A DNA stretch of 33,337 nt from NCBI GenBank assembly GCA_003614675.1, contig ML002407.1, forward strand, positions 1 through 33,337. Reading direction: 5' to 3'. Below, in pieces: positions 33,169-33,337 of the stretch. The stretch is from Dimargaris cristalligena. Lineage: Eukaryota. Below the pieces are notes generated by a model that saw nothing but the letters and a program-made list of their open reading frames with translations, was not told the origin of the DNA and ran no database searches. The position numbers were made by a program, and so were the translations under genes. The stretch's first letter is position 1. Every line of letters begins with the position of its first letter.

Positions 33169-33337
33169 GTAAGCCATGTCTTAATATCCACCAGTGATAA
33201 TTTATCCTCTCCCTGCGAAAGTGCATTTCCGCTCAGCATCTTGGCCAGTTATCTCAATTACATTTCCACAAACACCTTCTAACCCAGCCACCTTCCACCT
33301 GTCACTATAAACCATGGCCTCTGGCTCCTGTCTATTA

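Overview
Gene-dense eukaryotic chromosomal segment with GT-AG spliceosomal introns of 145-286 nt. It is most likely from an early-diverging fungus (Zoopagomycota-like; inferred, not proven). Nine protein-coding genes can be reconstructed by hand: a tandem pair of 71-aa G-protein gamma subunits (+; one intronless, one with an intron), then six consecutive minus-strand genes (Nup85, mitochondrial monothiol glutaredoxin Grx5, a Tbf1/TRF-type telobox Myb protein, Hir3/Cabin1, an N-terminally truncated NBAS/Sec39-related protein, and a CUE-AlkB-GRF zinc finger fusion), and finally the first five exons of an AGFG-type ArfGAP (+) that runs off the window end. No tRNA, rRNA, snRNA, CRISPR array or transposase was recognised. 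The best leads are the stand-alone C-terminal half of NBAS, the diverged tandem G-gamma pair with different CaaX signals, the CUE-AlkB-GRF fusion and the altered telobox recognition helix. Family assignments rest on motifs recalled from memory; no searches were run.
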